Origin: Flavobacterium sp. | GTDB taxonomy: Bacteria > Bacteroidota > Bacteroidia > Flavobacteriales > Flavobacteriaceae | DNA length: 56,838 nucleotides | Reading direction: 5' to 3' (one strand) | Assembly (NCBI RefSeq): GCF_017995345.1 | Contig: NZ_JAGOJA010000003.1 | In this document: positions 19,532 through 28,442 of the stretch, piece by piece | Numbering within the stretch: the first letter of the stretch is position 1 | Layout of the letters: every line of letters starts with the position of its first letter | Made by a program: the position numbers and the translations under genes | Notes under the pieces: generated by a model | Told to the model about the DNA's origin: nothing | Databases searched by the model: none | What the model saw: only the letters and a program-made list of their open reading frames with translations

Positions 19532-19725
19532 TCAAACAAAAAACATTCAAATCCCCAAAAGAGCTATAGCTATTATGTCCTAAAAGTAATAATAATATTG
19601 CTATTAGGTTTAGCTTTTAGCTTCTTTAAAAGAATAAAATTTTTACTACAAATAATAAGCGACTGGTAATAAAGGAGTTGTGAGAAATACTTCACCCATT
19701 ATGTTGTAGAATTCTTTTCTTAATT

Positions 19726-20730
19726 TTATCCCCCAATCATTATCATACTCCTGTTTTGAGAAAACAGTTCCGGATTTTGGAATTTATCATCATCATCCAT
19801 ACCGCCTCGAATCGCCATTTTTAATTTTATATTTTGAAAAATAAGTGGCTCAATCGATTTTCCTGTGCGCAAGTTGTGCAATAAATCTGTTTCGGAATTC
19901 GAGAAAAGACAGTTTTTTAGTTTGCCATCAGCTGTCAAACGAATGCGATTGCAGGTACTACAAAAAGGGTTTGTCACCGAACTAATAACAGAGAAACTTC
20001 CCTTGTAGGAAGTTATTTTATGGTTTTTGGCGGTGTCGTTCGGTTTATCAGTCAAACGTTCCACATTTTCAACAGAATATCTATCATTAACTTGCGAAAG
20101 GATTTCGGCATAAGACACTAGTTTGTCTTTCTTCCACTGATTTCCGTCAAAAGGCATGAATTCGATAAACCGAATTTGAATATTGCGATCTTTAGTCATT
20201 TCGATAAAATCAATTATTTCGTCGTCATTGAAATCTTTTATCACGACCACATTCAGTTTTAGCTGAAACCCATTGGCGTCAAGCAATTCTAAATTCTCCC
20301 AAAATTTGTCGAAATAGTTTCTGCGTGTAATTTGATTAAACTTATCCTCTTGAAGGCTATCAATACTTACATTAAGTGTATGTACGCCGGCTTCTTTAAA
20401 AGTGTCTATAAAATCATGCACCAAGATCCCATTCGTCGTCAAGGTAAGCTCCACTCCTAGTTTTCCAAGTCGTTGAATGATGTCTTTGGCATCTTTACGA
20501 ACCAAGGGTTCACCGCCAGTCAATCTAATTTTGTTTACCCCCAAGTTTACAAAAGTCTGAGCAATGCTAATAATTTCATCTGTAGTCATCAGATGCGCTT
20601 TTGGTGTCAGCGCAATTCCTTCGGCTGGCATACAATACGTGCATCTCAAATTACAATTCTCTGTAATCGAAATGCGCAAATAACTGTGCATGCGTCCGTG
20701 GGTGTCCTGCATTTGAATATTATTTGCCAT
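19726..20730 (-). CDS. moaA: GTP 3',8-cyclase
   Basis: YLRISIT..CNLRCTYC, FCSTCNRIR, C-terminal GG. Confidence 0.96.
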   Translation of the reverse strand: MANNIQMQDTHGRMHSYLRISITENCNLRCTYCMPAEGIALTPKAHLMTTDEIISIAQTFVNLGVNKIRLTGGEPLVRKDAKDIIQRLGKLGVELTLTTNGILVHDFIDTFKEAGVHTLNVSIDSLQEDKFNQITRRNYFDKFWENLELLDANGFQLKLNVVVIKDFNDDEIIDFIEMTKDRNIQIRFIEFMPFDGNQWKKDKLVSYAEILSQVNDRYSVENVERLTDKPNDTAKNHKITSYKGSFSVISSVTNPFCSTCNRIRLTADGKLKNCLFSNSETDLLHNLRTGKSIEPLIFQNIKLKMAIRGGMDDDDKFQNPELFSQNRSMIMIGG

Positions 20731-21634
20731 GGTTGAACCCGTTTAAAATTTTGAATAAATGCAAAACTGAAGGAAAAACGGCATCCATCGATTCTCCAGC
20801 ACCTGCGGTAGAACCCGGCAAGGCCATAATTAGTGTATTCCCCTTAAAACCTACCACACTACGTGACAACATTGCATAAGGCGTGCGGTCCTGACCGTAA
20901 GAACGAATGGCTTCCTCGATACCTGGAATGCGACGATCCAATAAAGGAATCACCGCTTCGGGAGTGACGTCTCTGTTTGACAATCCCGTCCCGCCAGTGA
21001 TGATCAGCAGGTCGGTTTTTTGGGCACAGAGTTTATTTATCGTGTTTTGGATATCCAAAACCTCATCAGGAATGATACTATAATTAGAAATTGCTAACCC
21101 TAAGTTTTTGATTTTATCTGAGATTACTTTTCCTGCTCGATCTTCTTTTTTTCCGCTAGAAACACTGTCTGAGCACACCATAACCGCTACGGCTAAATCT
21201 CGAACTTCCTTGTTTCCGTAATCGGATTTTCCTCCTTTTTTGTGCAGTAATTTTATAGTCGAAATCTCTACGTTTTTGTCAATTGGTTTCAGCATATCAT
21301 ACATCGTCAAAGCTACAATTGAAGCGCCATGCATGGCCTCGACCTCAACACCGGTTCTATAAATTGCTTTTACGGTTACTTTTATCAATACCGAATCGTC
21401 TAAAAACTCATATTCAATTCCTGTAAACTCAATAGGCATTGGATGGCAATCCGGAATTGAGCTCGATGTGTTTTTTACCGCAAAAAGTCCTGCGGTTCTG
21501 GAAACTTCCAAAACATCGCCTTTTGGAACGGTTTTGTTCAAAATTGCTTGCATAGTTCCTGGCGAGCCTACTTTTACAATGGCCTGTGCCGTTGCCGTGC
21601 GTTGCGTGATTATTTTATGGGTGATGTCTACCAT
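20720..21634 (-). CDS. moaCB: MoaC-MoaB/MogA fusion
   Basis: MVDI..K, IPDCHP, TGVEVEA, YDMLK, then TGGTG...RDVTPEA, LPGS; start taken at MVDITHK. Confidence 0.92.
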   Translation of the reverse strand: MVDITHKIITQRTATAQAIVKVGSPGTMQAILNKTVPKGDVLEVSRTAGLFAVKNTSSSIPDCHPMPIEFTGIEYEFLDDSVLIKVTVKAIYRTGVEVEAMHGASIVALTMYDMLKPIDKNVEISTIKLLHKKGGKSDYGNKEVRDLAVAVMVCSDSVSSGKKEDRAGKVISDKIKNLGLAISNYSIIPDEVLDIQNTINKLCAQKTDLLIITGGTGLSNRDVTPEAVIPLLDRRIPGIEEAIRSYGQDRTPYAMLSRSVVGFKGNTLIMALPGSTAGAGESMDAVFPSVLHLFKILNGFNHGK

Positions 21635-21657
21635 TTTATGTTTTTTATTTAAAATTT

Positions 21658-21748
21658 CACAAAGACTCACAAAGGATACGCGAAAGTTTCGCAGAAATTA
21701 TATTTCTCTTAGTGTATCTCTGAGATTCTTAGTGCAACTTCGTGTATC
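21658..21748. repeat. Imperfect palindrome built from ~10-nt subrepeats
   Basis: cacaaagact cacaaaggat...cttagtgtat ctctgagatt cttagtgcaa cttcgtgtat. Confidence 0.55.
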
Positions 21749-21751
21749 AGC

Positions 21752-22198
21752 CTATTTATTTACTTTCCAAGTATACGTTTCGTCTTCCATTATTTCTTTA
21801 CCAAAAACGGCTGTCTTTTCTTTTATTTCTTCCACCAAAAATTCCAAAGCTTTATAAACTACTTTTCGCCTTGGTGCCGATACAAAAACAAACAGACAGA
21901 TCTCCCCCGTTTTTACGGTTCCCAAGCTGTGGTATATGTGCAAACACGAAAGTTCATATTTAGCAAAAGCCGCTTCTCGAATTTCATGGAACGTTTGCTC
22001 TGCCATTTCCTCATAAGCTGTATATTCAATAGCGGCAACCGTTTTCCCTTCAATCACATCGGCACGCACTTGACCCAAAAAGATATTGTGTGCTCCAATA
22101 GTCGTTTTACTTTGGTGCTTGGCTATCGAATTCCCAATGAATTCTGCTGGTATTGCCCCTTGAATAAAGGATGTTTTTTTAGGTTTTACTGTTGACAT
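21752..22198 (-). CDS. moaE: Molybdopterin synthase large subunit
   Basis: FLGQVR, IEYTAYEEMA, VSAPRR, VFGKE. Confidence 0.92.
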   Translation of the reverse strand: MSTVKPKKTSFIQGAIPAEFIGNSIAKHQSKTTIGAHNIFLGQVRADVIEGKTVAAIEYTAYEEMAEQTFHEIREAAFAKYELSCLHIYHSLGTVKTGEICLFVFVSAPRRKVVYKALEFLVEEIKEKTAVFGKEIMEDETYTWKVNK

Positions 22199-22211
22199 TA
22201 TATAGGAATTA

Positions 22212-23291
22212 TTATTTATTTTCTAATTGTGTTTTGATGGATTGAATTCCATTTTCAAGATGCGAAAGTTTTGTAAACCCTTTTTTCTTCAAATAGGCTA
22301 AGGCCAATTGACTGCGTTGTCCGCTTTGGCAAAACAACACGATTTCTTTGTTTTTATCCAGTTGCTTGCAGTAGTCTTCTAAAAATGAAATTGGCACATT
22401 CACTACATTTAGGGATTTCCATTTGGGTTCTTCATATTCTTCCCTGATATCGATAACCAAACAATTTTCCTGAAGGCATTTTTCCATGAAAATTATTGCT
22501 GTTAAATTCTCATCTACAATATTCAAATTCTGCTTTTGAATCGCTAATCCATTGGCGAGACCTATTGCTATTGCTGCAGGGTTTCTATTGAAACCGACAA
22601 GCTGTGTTTGATAATGCAAGCCATCATAAAGCAGCAGTTTTCCCGACAACACTGTTCCGATTTCGAGAATGATTTTAAGTACCTCTGTGGCTTGAAATGA
22701 ACCTAAAGTGTTTGGTAAAACTCCTAAAACGCCTGAAGCAACACAATTAGGTGCGACTCCTAAATTTTCCGCTTGTGGAAACAAACAACGGTAACTTGGA
22801 CCGTTTTTATAGTTAAAAACCGACACCTGTCCTTCAAACTTATAAATCGAAGCATACACCACCGGAATGTTTTTGACAATAGAAATATCATTAATCAGAT
22901 AGCGAACTCCAATTGTATCTGTACAATCTACAATCATTTGGTAGTCGCCTACGATTTCAAAAGCATTTTGGGTATTAAAAAACTCATTAAAAACACGAAC
23001 TTTCACATAAGGATTGAGTTCCATTACCGCTTCGGCAGCTGTTAAGGCTTTGCTTTTTCCACAATCTCTCAAAGTATACAACAACTGACGATGTAAATTA
23101 GTCTCTTCAACAACATCTCCATCTACAATTCCGATAAAACCGACTCCAGCTGCAGCCAAATTTTGCAGAACCGGACAACCCAAACCACCAGCTCCAATTA
23201 CTAAAACACTAGCGTCTCGTAATTTTTGCTGTCCTAAAACCCCAATTTCTGGAAGAATTATTTGTCTGGAATATCGCATTGTGTTTATCAC
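22212..23291 (-). CDS. moeB: MoeB/MoeZ adenylyltransferase with C-terminal rhodanese domain
   Basis: RYSRQ, GAGGLG, NLHRQ, DCTD, CQSGQRS. Confidence 0.9.
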   Translation of the reverse strand: MINTMRYSRQIILPEIGVLGQQKLRDASVLVIGAGGLGCPVLQNLAAAGVGFIGIVDGDVVEETNLHRQLLYTLRDCGKSKALTAAEAVMELNPYVKVRVFNEFFNTQNAFEIVGDYQMIVDCTDTIGVRYLINDISIVKNIPVVYASIYKFEGQVSVFNYKNGPSYRCLFPQAENLGVAPNCVASGVLGVLPNTLGSFQATEVLKIILEIGTVLSGKLLLYDGLHYQTQLVGFNRNPAAIAIGLANGLAIQKQNLNIVDENLTAIIFMEKCLQENCLVIDIREEYEEPKWKSLNVVNVPISFLEDYCKQLDKNKEIVLFCQSGQRSQLALAYLKKKGFTKLSHLENGIQSIKTQLENK

Positions 23292-23302
23292 TTGTTTTTC
23301 TT

Positions 23303-23351
23303 TTTCGTCTTTTGACTTTCGTCTTTTGACTTTTGGATTTTGATTTTTGAC
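23303..23351. repeat. Degenerate 7-mer tandem repeat
   Basis: tttcgtc ttttgac tttcgtc ttttgac ttttgga ttttgat ttttgac. Confidence 0.7.
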
Positions 23352-23358
23352 TTAAAAA

Positions 23359-23601
23359 TTACCCTCCGGCGAAAGGTGGCAGAAAAGCTATTACATCCTG
23401 ATCCTTTATGGTTGTATCTGTCCCTGCCATCGCCTGATTTATGGCAATGGAATAATTGTTTTTTTGCAATTCCTGATAGGCTGATTCCATTTTTAATTTC
23501 AAAGAATTCACTGTCATATTGGAACCTTCCAACACTAGCTGCTCTTCTTTCTTCTTGGTTATTTCTGCCAATACCCCAAAATATTTAATATTTAGAATCA
23601 T
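23359..23601 (-). CDS. moaD: Molybdopterin synthase sulfur carrier
   Basis: IKYFG start region, C-terminal LPPFAGG; ATGA overlap with the mobA stop. Confidence 0.92.
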   Translation of the reverse strand: MILNIKYFGVLAEITKKKEEQLVLEGSNMTVNSLKLKMESAYQELQKNNYSIAINQAMAGTDTTIKDQDVIAFLPPFAGG

Positions 23602-24167
23602 AATTGTATTTTTTGATACTCTTCGGGAGTATTTATATTTTGCACTTGAGTTCTCCATTTTTCAGGAATATAAAGTGTTTGATGTTTGACTTCTTCAATT
23701 ATTTGTCGCAATCGCAACTGCTCCTTTTTTAAATTTTCTTCGAAAACGCTTACCAATGATTGTTCATAAATAGCAATAAGCGGATAGGCCTTTTTATCCA
23801 GTTGTACTTGCGTCATTTCATAACAATCATTTTTATTTTCTAGTATCCAAAGCAACAATTCCGCCGAAACCAATGGCGCATCAACACTGAGTATGAAATT
23901 CAGTTTGGCTCTGGAATACTGCAAAGCGGTGTAAATCCCGCCAACAGGTCCTTTGTCCGAAACAAGGTCTTCAATTCTTTTATATCCCAGAAAATCATAA
24001 TCGGCATTCGAAGAAACAATAACAATATTCTCACCCACTATTGATTTTACGGCCTCGCAAATATGGCTTACAAATGGTTTTCCAGCTAAAGGCAACAAGC
24101 CTTTGTCGGTTCCCATACGTTGGCTTTTACCTCCAGCTAATATGAATGCGGTTATTTTGTCTTTCAT
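23598..24167 (-). CDS. mobA: Molybdenum cofactor guanylyltransferase
   Basis: ILAGGKSQRMGTDK, GPVGGI, NINTPEE. Confidence 0.93.
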   Translation of the reverse strand: MKDKITAFILAGGKSQRMGTDKGLLPLAGKPFVSHICEAVKSIVGENIVIVSSNADYDFLGYKRIEDLVSDKGPVGGIYTALQYSRAKLNFILSVDAPLVSAELLLWILENKNDCYEMTQVQLDKKAYPLIAIYEQSLVSVFEENLKKEQLRLRQIIEEVKHQTLYIPEKWRTQVQNINTPEEYQKIQL

Positions 24168-24238
24168 TCGTGTTTATTCTATTTTTTCTATTCTCCCTTT
24201 ACTTCTCCCAATTTACTGCTCATTGCTCACTCCTACAA

Positions 24239-24988
24239 TCAAGCCGTTGCATATAATTTATAAATCGCTATTCCGAGGACCAATGCGAGTACATTTTTTA
24301 AAACAACAGAATTAAATTTCTTGCTGCCGTAATAGGCGCCAAAAAAACCTCCCACGAATACAATTCCGATTAACGGAAGTGACGATTCAGGCAAAACACC
24401 TCCTTTTAGCAGGAAACCAGAAATTCCAGAAATAGAATTTACCAATATAAATAAAGCTGAAACCGCTGCCGTTTGTTTCATAGTTCCCCACCCCATAAGA
24501 AGGATTACAGGACTTAAAATTATTCCGCCTCCAATTCCTATCAATCCTGACAAAAAACCAATGACAGAACCTACAATTAAAGCAACATATAAATTCAGTG
24601 GCACTACATCCTTTTTTTCTTTCCCTAAAAAACCCATTAATCTTAAAACGGCAAAAATCAATACCGTTGCCAGAATTACTTTATAATAAAATGTTGAAAT
24701 CGTAAGATATCCTCCTAAAAAAGAAAATGGAACTGATGTAATTACAAAAGGATAAAAAAGATCCCATTTGAATTTTTTCTCTCGATAATAAAAATAAAAG
24801 GAGATTCCAGAAACCAGAATATTAAGGACCAAAGCCGTTGGTTTCATAACCGATATTGGGAAAGCGAAGGCGCTCATCAATGCCAAATATCCGCTAGCTC
24901 CACCGTGTCCCACACTCGCATACAGAAAAGCGACTATGGGCAACAAAATCAATAATAAAGGCATGTCAAACAAATCTATTGGAGTCAT
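24239..24988 (-). CDS. TSUP (TauE/SafE) family permease
   Basis: YASVGHGGASGY and SGLIGIGGGI repeats; ATGA overlap with the modE stop. Confidence 0.85.
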   Translation of the reverse strand: MTPIDLFDMPLLLILLPIVAFLYASVGHGGASGYLALMSAFAFPISVMKPTALVLNILVSGISFYFYYREKKFKWDLFYPFVITSVPFSFLGGYLTISTFYYKVILATVLIFAVLRLMGFLGKEKKDVVPLNLYVALIVGSVIGFLSGLIGIGGGIILSPVILLMGWGTMKQTAAVSALFILVNSISGISGFLLKGGVLPESSLPLIGIVFVGGFFGAYYGSKKFNSVVLKNVLALVLGIAIYKLYATA

Positions 24989-25314
24989 ATCCCATGCTTT
25001 TTTAATTGTTCGTCTAGAAATATCCAACAGTCTGCATTGATTGCTTCAAAAATTTCGATTAGAGATTTCCCATAAGGAGTCAGTATCGTACCGCCACCCT
25101 TATTTCCCCCTACGTGCGTTTCTATCAAGGGACTCTTTGCCGCTTTATTGGAGGCATCCACTAGTTTCCACGCTTTTTGATAGGATAAATTCATGGCTTT
25201 GGCGGCCTTATTCAACGAACCCGTGTCCTCAATTAATTTTAATAACTGCACACGGCCTTCACTGATAAGGATTCCCTCGTCATTTTCAATCCAAATTTTG
25301 CTCTTGATTTTCAA
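24985..25314 (-). CDS. modE: HTH-only ModE-family regulator (TTG start)
   Basis: LLKLIEDTGSLNKAAKAMNLSYQKAW and GGNKGGGTILT; no TOBE domains. Confidence 0.88.
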   Translation of the reverse strand: MKIKSKIWIENDEGILISEGRVQLLKLIEDTGSLNKAAKAMNLSYQKAWKLVDASNKAAKSPLIETHVGGNKGGGTILTPYGKSLIEIFEAINADCWIFLDEQLKKHGI

Positions 25315-25326
25315 AACGGAATATAT

Positions 25327-25354
25327 TTCGTTATACTTTTACAAATATAACGAA
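25327..25354. promoter_or_regulatory. ModE box overlapping the modE -7 promoter element
   Basis: 28-bp TTCGTTATA-N10-TATAACGAA palindrome; contains TATATTTG on the minus strand (25349-25342). Confidence 0.8.
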
Positions 25355-25366
25355 AAGAACAAGCTC

Positions 25367-26536
25367 TTAAAAATGATAAATATCAACTTTTGAATCTTTC
25401 TCCATTTCGTAAGTGCCTTCCGATAGCACTACCAAGCCATTGGCCACCGAAAAAGTATTGAGCATCGAAGAATTTTGATGGGTTAGAATGGTCACTGTGT
25501 CACCCTCAATACTGGCCTTTAAGAACTGGCAACGGCTATTATTAACGCTAAAATTGTGCGTTAGCATTTTTTGTGTCGTTTCATTATAGTTGGCCGCAAT
25601 TCCAGAAAGAATGGTTAATGTTGGCAACACATATACGTAAAAACAAGTCAGACAGGCTGCGGGATTACCAGGCAAAGCAAATACTATTTTATCTTTTAGC
25701 TTTCCAGCAAATAGTGGTTTACCAGGTTTTTGGTTGACTTTGTAGAAAAGTGTTTCCACTTCGAGTTTCTTTAAAGCCTGCGCCACAAAATCATAATCGC
25801 CAACGGATATTCCGCCAGAAACCAATATTACGTCATTTTCTGATAGTGCTTGTAGTAGCTTGGCTTTTGTATTATTGAAATCATCTTTTACTTCGTACAA
25901 ATTGACAGTGTCAAAAAAAGCATCTTTTAAAGCAGACTCAAGCATAATACCATTGCTTTCATACACTTTTCCATATTCCAAATCGGTTCCCGGTTTTACT
26001 AGTTCATTACCGGTAATTAGAATTCCAATGGTGGGTTTCTGATACACTTTTACGGAAGTGAAACCAAGACCCGCAAGAAACCCTATAGAAGCTGCGTTAA
26101 GTACTGAGCCTTTTTCAAGCACTAGATCGCCTTTAGTATTTTGTTCACCAATAGGTCTGATATTCAGTCCTAATTTAGGATGTTCCTGAAGTTGCAACAT
26201 CTTTCCTTTAACACTAACTTTTTCAATTTGGATAACAGCTTGCGCCGAATCCGGAACAGCTGCGCCTGTAAAAATTTTGACGGCCTGACCAGAAAGAAGA
26301 TTCACTTGATGGGTGTCTCCCGCTTTTATTTCGCCAATAATTTCATATTCTAAACTATCGTGCAAACATAATGCAAAGCCATCCATCGCTGATTGCCTGA
26401 AAGGCGGCATATTTATAGGAGAATATAGGTTTTGAGACAGCACGTGTTTGCGGGCTTGTACTAATGAATATTCCACTTCCTTAGATTCTGGTAAATTGTT
26501 TTTTAATATCGAAAAAGCGTCCTGAACTGAAATCAT
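25367..26536 (-). CDS. moeA: Molybdopterin molybdotransferase
   Basis: SAMDGF, IFTGA, TGNEL, SGGISVGDYD, KPGKP, LPGNP. Confidence 0.95.
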   Translation of the reverse strand: MISVQDAFSILKNNLPESKEVEYSLVQARKHVLSQNLYSPINMPPFRQSAMDGFALCLHDSLEYEIIGEIKAGDTHQVNLLSGQAVKIFTGAAVPDSAQAVIQIEKVSVKGKMLQLQEHPKLGLNIRPIGEQNTKGDLVLEKGSVLNAASIGFLAGLGFTSVKVYQKPTIGILITGNELVKPGTDLEYGKVYESNGIMLESALKDAFFDTVNLYEVKDDFNNTKAKLLQALSENDVILVSGGISVGDYDFVAQALKKLEVETLFYKVNQKPGKPLFAGKLKDKIVFALPGNPAACLTCFYVYVLPTLTILSGIAANYNETTQKMLTHNFSVNNSRCQFLKASIEGDTVTILTHQNSSMLNTFSVANGLVVLSEGTYEMEKDSKVDIYHF

Positions 26537-26735
26537 CTGTTATTTATATTTGAATTCAAAAATACGATTCAGAAACGGTTTCTCCATCTATTTAGGTGCT
26601 TTCTTGTCTTTTAATATAAAAAAGCTATTGCTTCTTGTAAATATTGATACTTACAGGTTCAAAAAAGATATTTGTTTTGCATTTAATTTTAACGGAAATA
26701 GAACCAAATTACAATCAATTATACCTCATAGCTAA

Positions 26736-27623
26736 TCAATGTTTATTCATATTTCTTAAAATTCCGCCGCTGGCTTCTTTAATATATTGGATAAACATAA
26801 ATGCGTCGGGATCCAGTTTTTTTATTTCTTCTTTAATTCGTAGCAATTCGAGTCGGGTAACTACTGTGACAATAATATCGCAGTCTAATTTCGTTTCGAA
26901 ATTATTTGGTAAGTAACCTCTTTCCCCTTTAATGACGGTAATTCCTTTTCCGAATTTTTGTACTATTAATGATTTAATCAATTCACTTTTAGAAGAAATA
27001 ATGTGCAAGGAAGTAAATTGTTCAAAACCATTGGATATATAATCAAGGGATTTTACAGCTGAAAAATAAGTAACGATAGAATACAATGCCGTAGAAATTC
27101 CAAAAGACCATGCGGCAGCAAGAAACAACAAGGTATTCATAGCAAAAATAACCTCTGCTATATTGAGTCCAATTTTTTTTATAGTTACCAAAGCTAATAT
27201 TTCTACACCATCAGCTGTAGAGCCACTACGAATACACAAACCCATTCCCACACCAATAAGACAACCCCCAAACAAAGCAATTAATAGCGGATCTGATGTC
27301 ACGGGATCCACATCGAGAAAGGTCATACTGACTGCAATCAATACGAAAGTCAGCAGACTTTGAAAAGCAAACGTTTTGCCAAGCATGCGTTTTCCAATAA
27401 ACAAAAAGGGAATATTTAAAACTAATACTAAAACACCAAATGGCCATTTAGTAATTTCATGAACCAGTATTGAAATACCTATAATACCTCCATCCAAAAA
27501 TTTATTTGGTATCATAAACCCCTTTAAAGCTAAAGTTATCAAGACTACTCCTACTAAATTTAAAGCAATATTTTTAAAACAAAATATTTTTTTCCAATTG
27601 ATTGAATTTTGTTCAGTAATCAT
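26736..27623 (-). CDS. YitT family membrane protein (DUF161 plus DUF2179)
   Basis: FLDGGIIGIS, NIPF, DG.EILA, GIT...G.RGY, DPDAF. Confidence 0.85.
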   Translation of the reverse strand: MITEQNSINWKKIFCFKNIALNLVGVVLITLALKGFMIPNKFLDGGIIGISILVHEITKWPFGVLVLVLNIPFLFIGKRMLGKTFAFQSLLTFVLIAVSMTFLDVDPVTSDPLLIALFGGCLIGVGMGLCIRSGSTADGVEILALVTIKKIGLNIAEVIFAMNTLLFLAAAWSFGISTALYSIVTYFSAVKSLDYISNGFEQFTSLHIISSKSELIKSLIVQKFGKGITVIKGERGYLPNNFETKLDCDIIVTVVTRLELLRIKEEIKKLDPDAFMFIQYIKEASGGILRNMNKH

Positions 27624-27998
27624 AAGGATATATTTGAATTACTATTCTTCTGTAACACTAATTTAACGAATAATCTTTAAATAACTGACTAATAAATAGT
27701 TGCGAAATAAAATTATTTTATTTTTTGTAATTATTTACACATTATTTTGTATTAATACTTCCAAACTATTATTTTATGATTCATTTCCCTGTCGGAATTC
27801 AATTTCATTATTTTATATAAAAATGTAATTTGAATACCAACCCTAGCATAGTAAACTGATTGTATTCTACAAAAAAAAAACTAAATTTGATATATAAAAT
27901 AGACTAACAAACTTAAAATCAATTCGTTAATCGCCAGCGCCTCCTACTATATTGGTCTATTTAAATTAGTATTAATTAGATTTCTAAATGTATTCATT

Positions 27999-28442
27999 AT
28001 GGGCAAAAAAGTAGAAATCGTATTGACTGTTCAAGCCAGTAGTCTTTACGCAATGAGTAATCCATCACCAACCGATATTGACCTTAAATGTTCATTATCT
28101 GATGATAATTCCGGAAGTTCCTCAAACGGCACTTTAATGAACTTTCTATCCAAGGTATACCTCAACCAAGATGTAAAATGGAAAGGCGTGACAAATGATC
28201 AAGGATATTCTGTTGCAATTGACAGTATTGTTTTTGAACCTGAATCTAGTGATGTGAATTTTTTTGACACTTCGACCATTCATGGCACCGGAGGAAGGTC
28301 AGGAAATGCAACCGCAAAGGTTAAAAATGATTCGAATTTGATCGATAAGCATGATAAGTACACGCTTAATTTTAGTGTTTACGCCAATGGAAATTCTTCT
28401 AAATCTTTTCAAATAGACCCAAAATTAGCAGCAAACCCATGA
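27999..28442 (+). CDS. Hypothetical beta-rich protein resembling AidA/PixA inclusion-body proteins
   Basis: N-terminal beta strand, V.W.G, Y.LNF, terminal IDPKL pattern; no signal peptide. Confidence 0.5.
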   Translation: MGKKVEIVLTVQASSLYAMSNPSPTDIDLKCSLSDDNSGSSSNGTLMNFLSKVYLNQDVKWKGVTNDQGYSVAIDSIVFEPESSDVNFFDTSTIHGTGGRSGNATAKVKNDSNLIDKHDKYTLNFSVYANGNSSKSFQIDPKLAANP

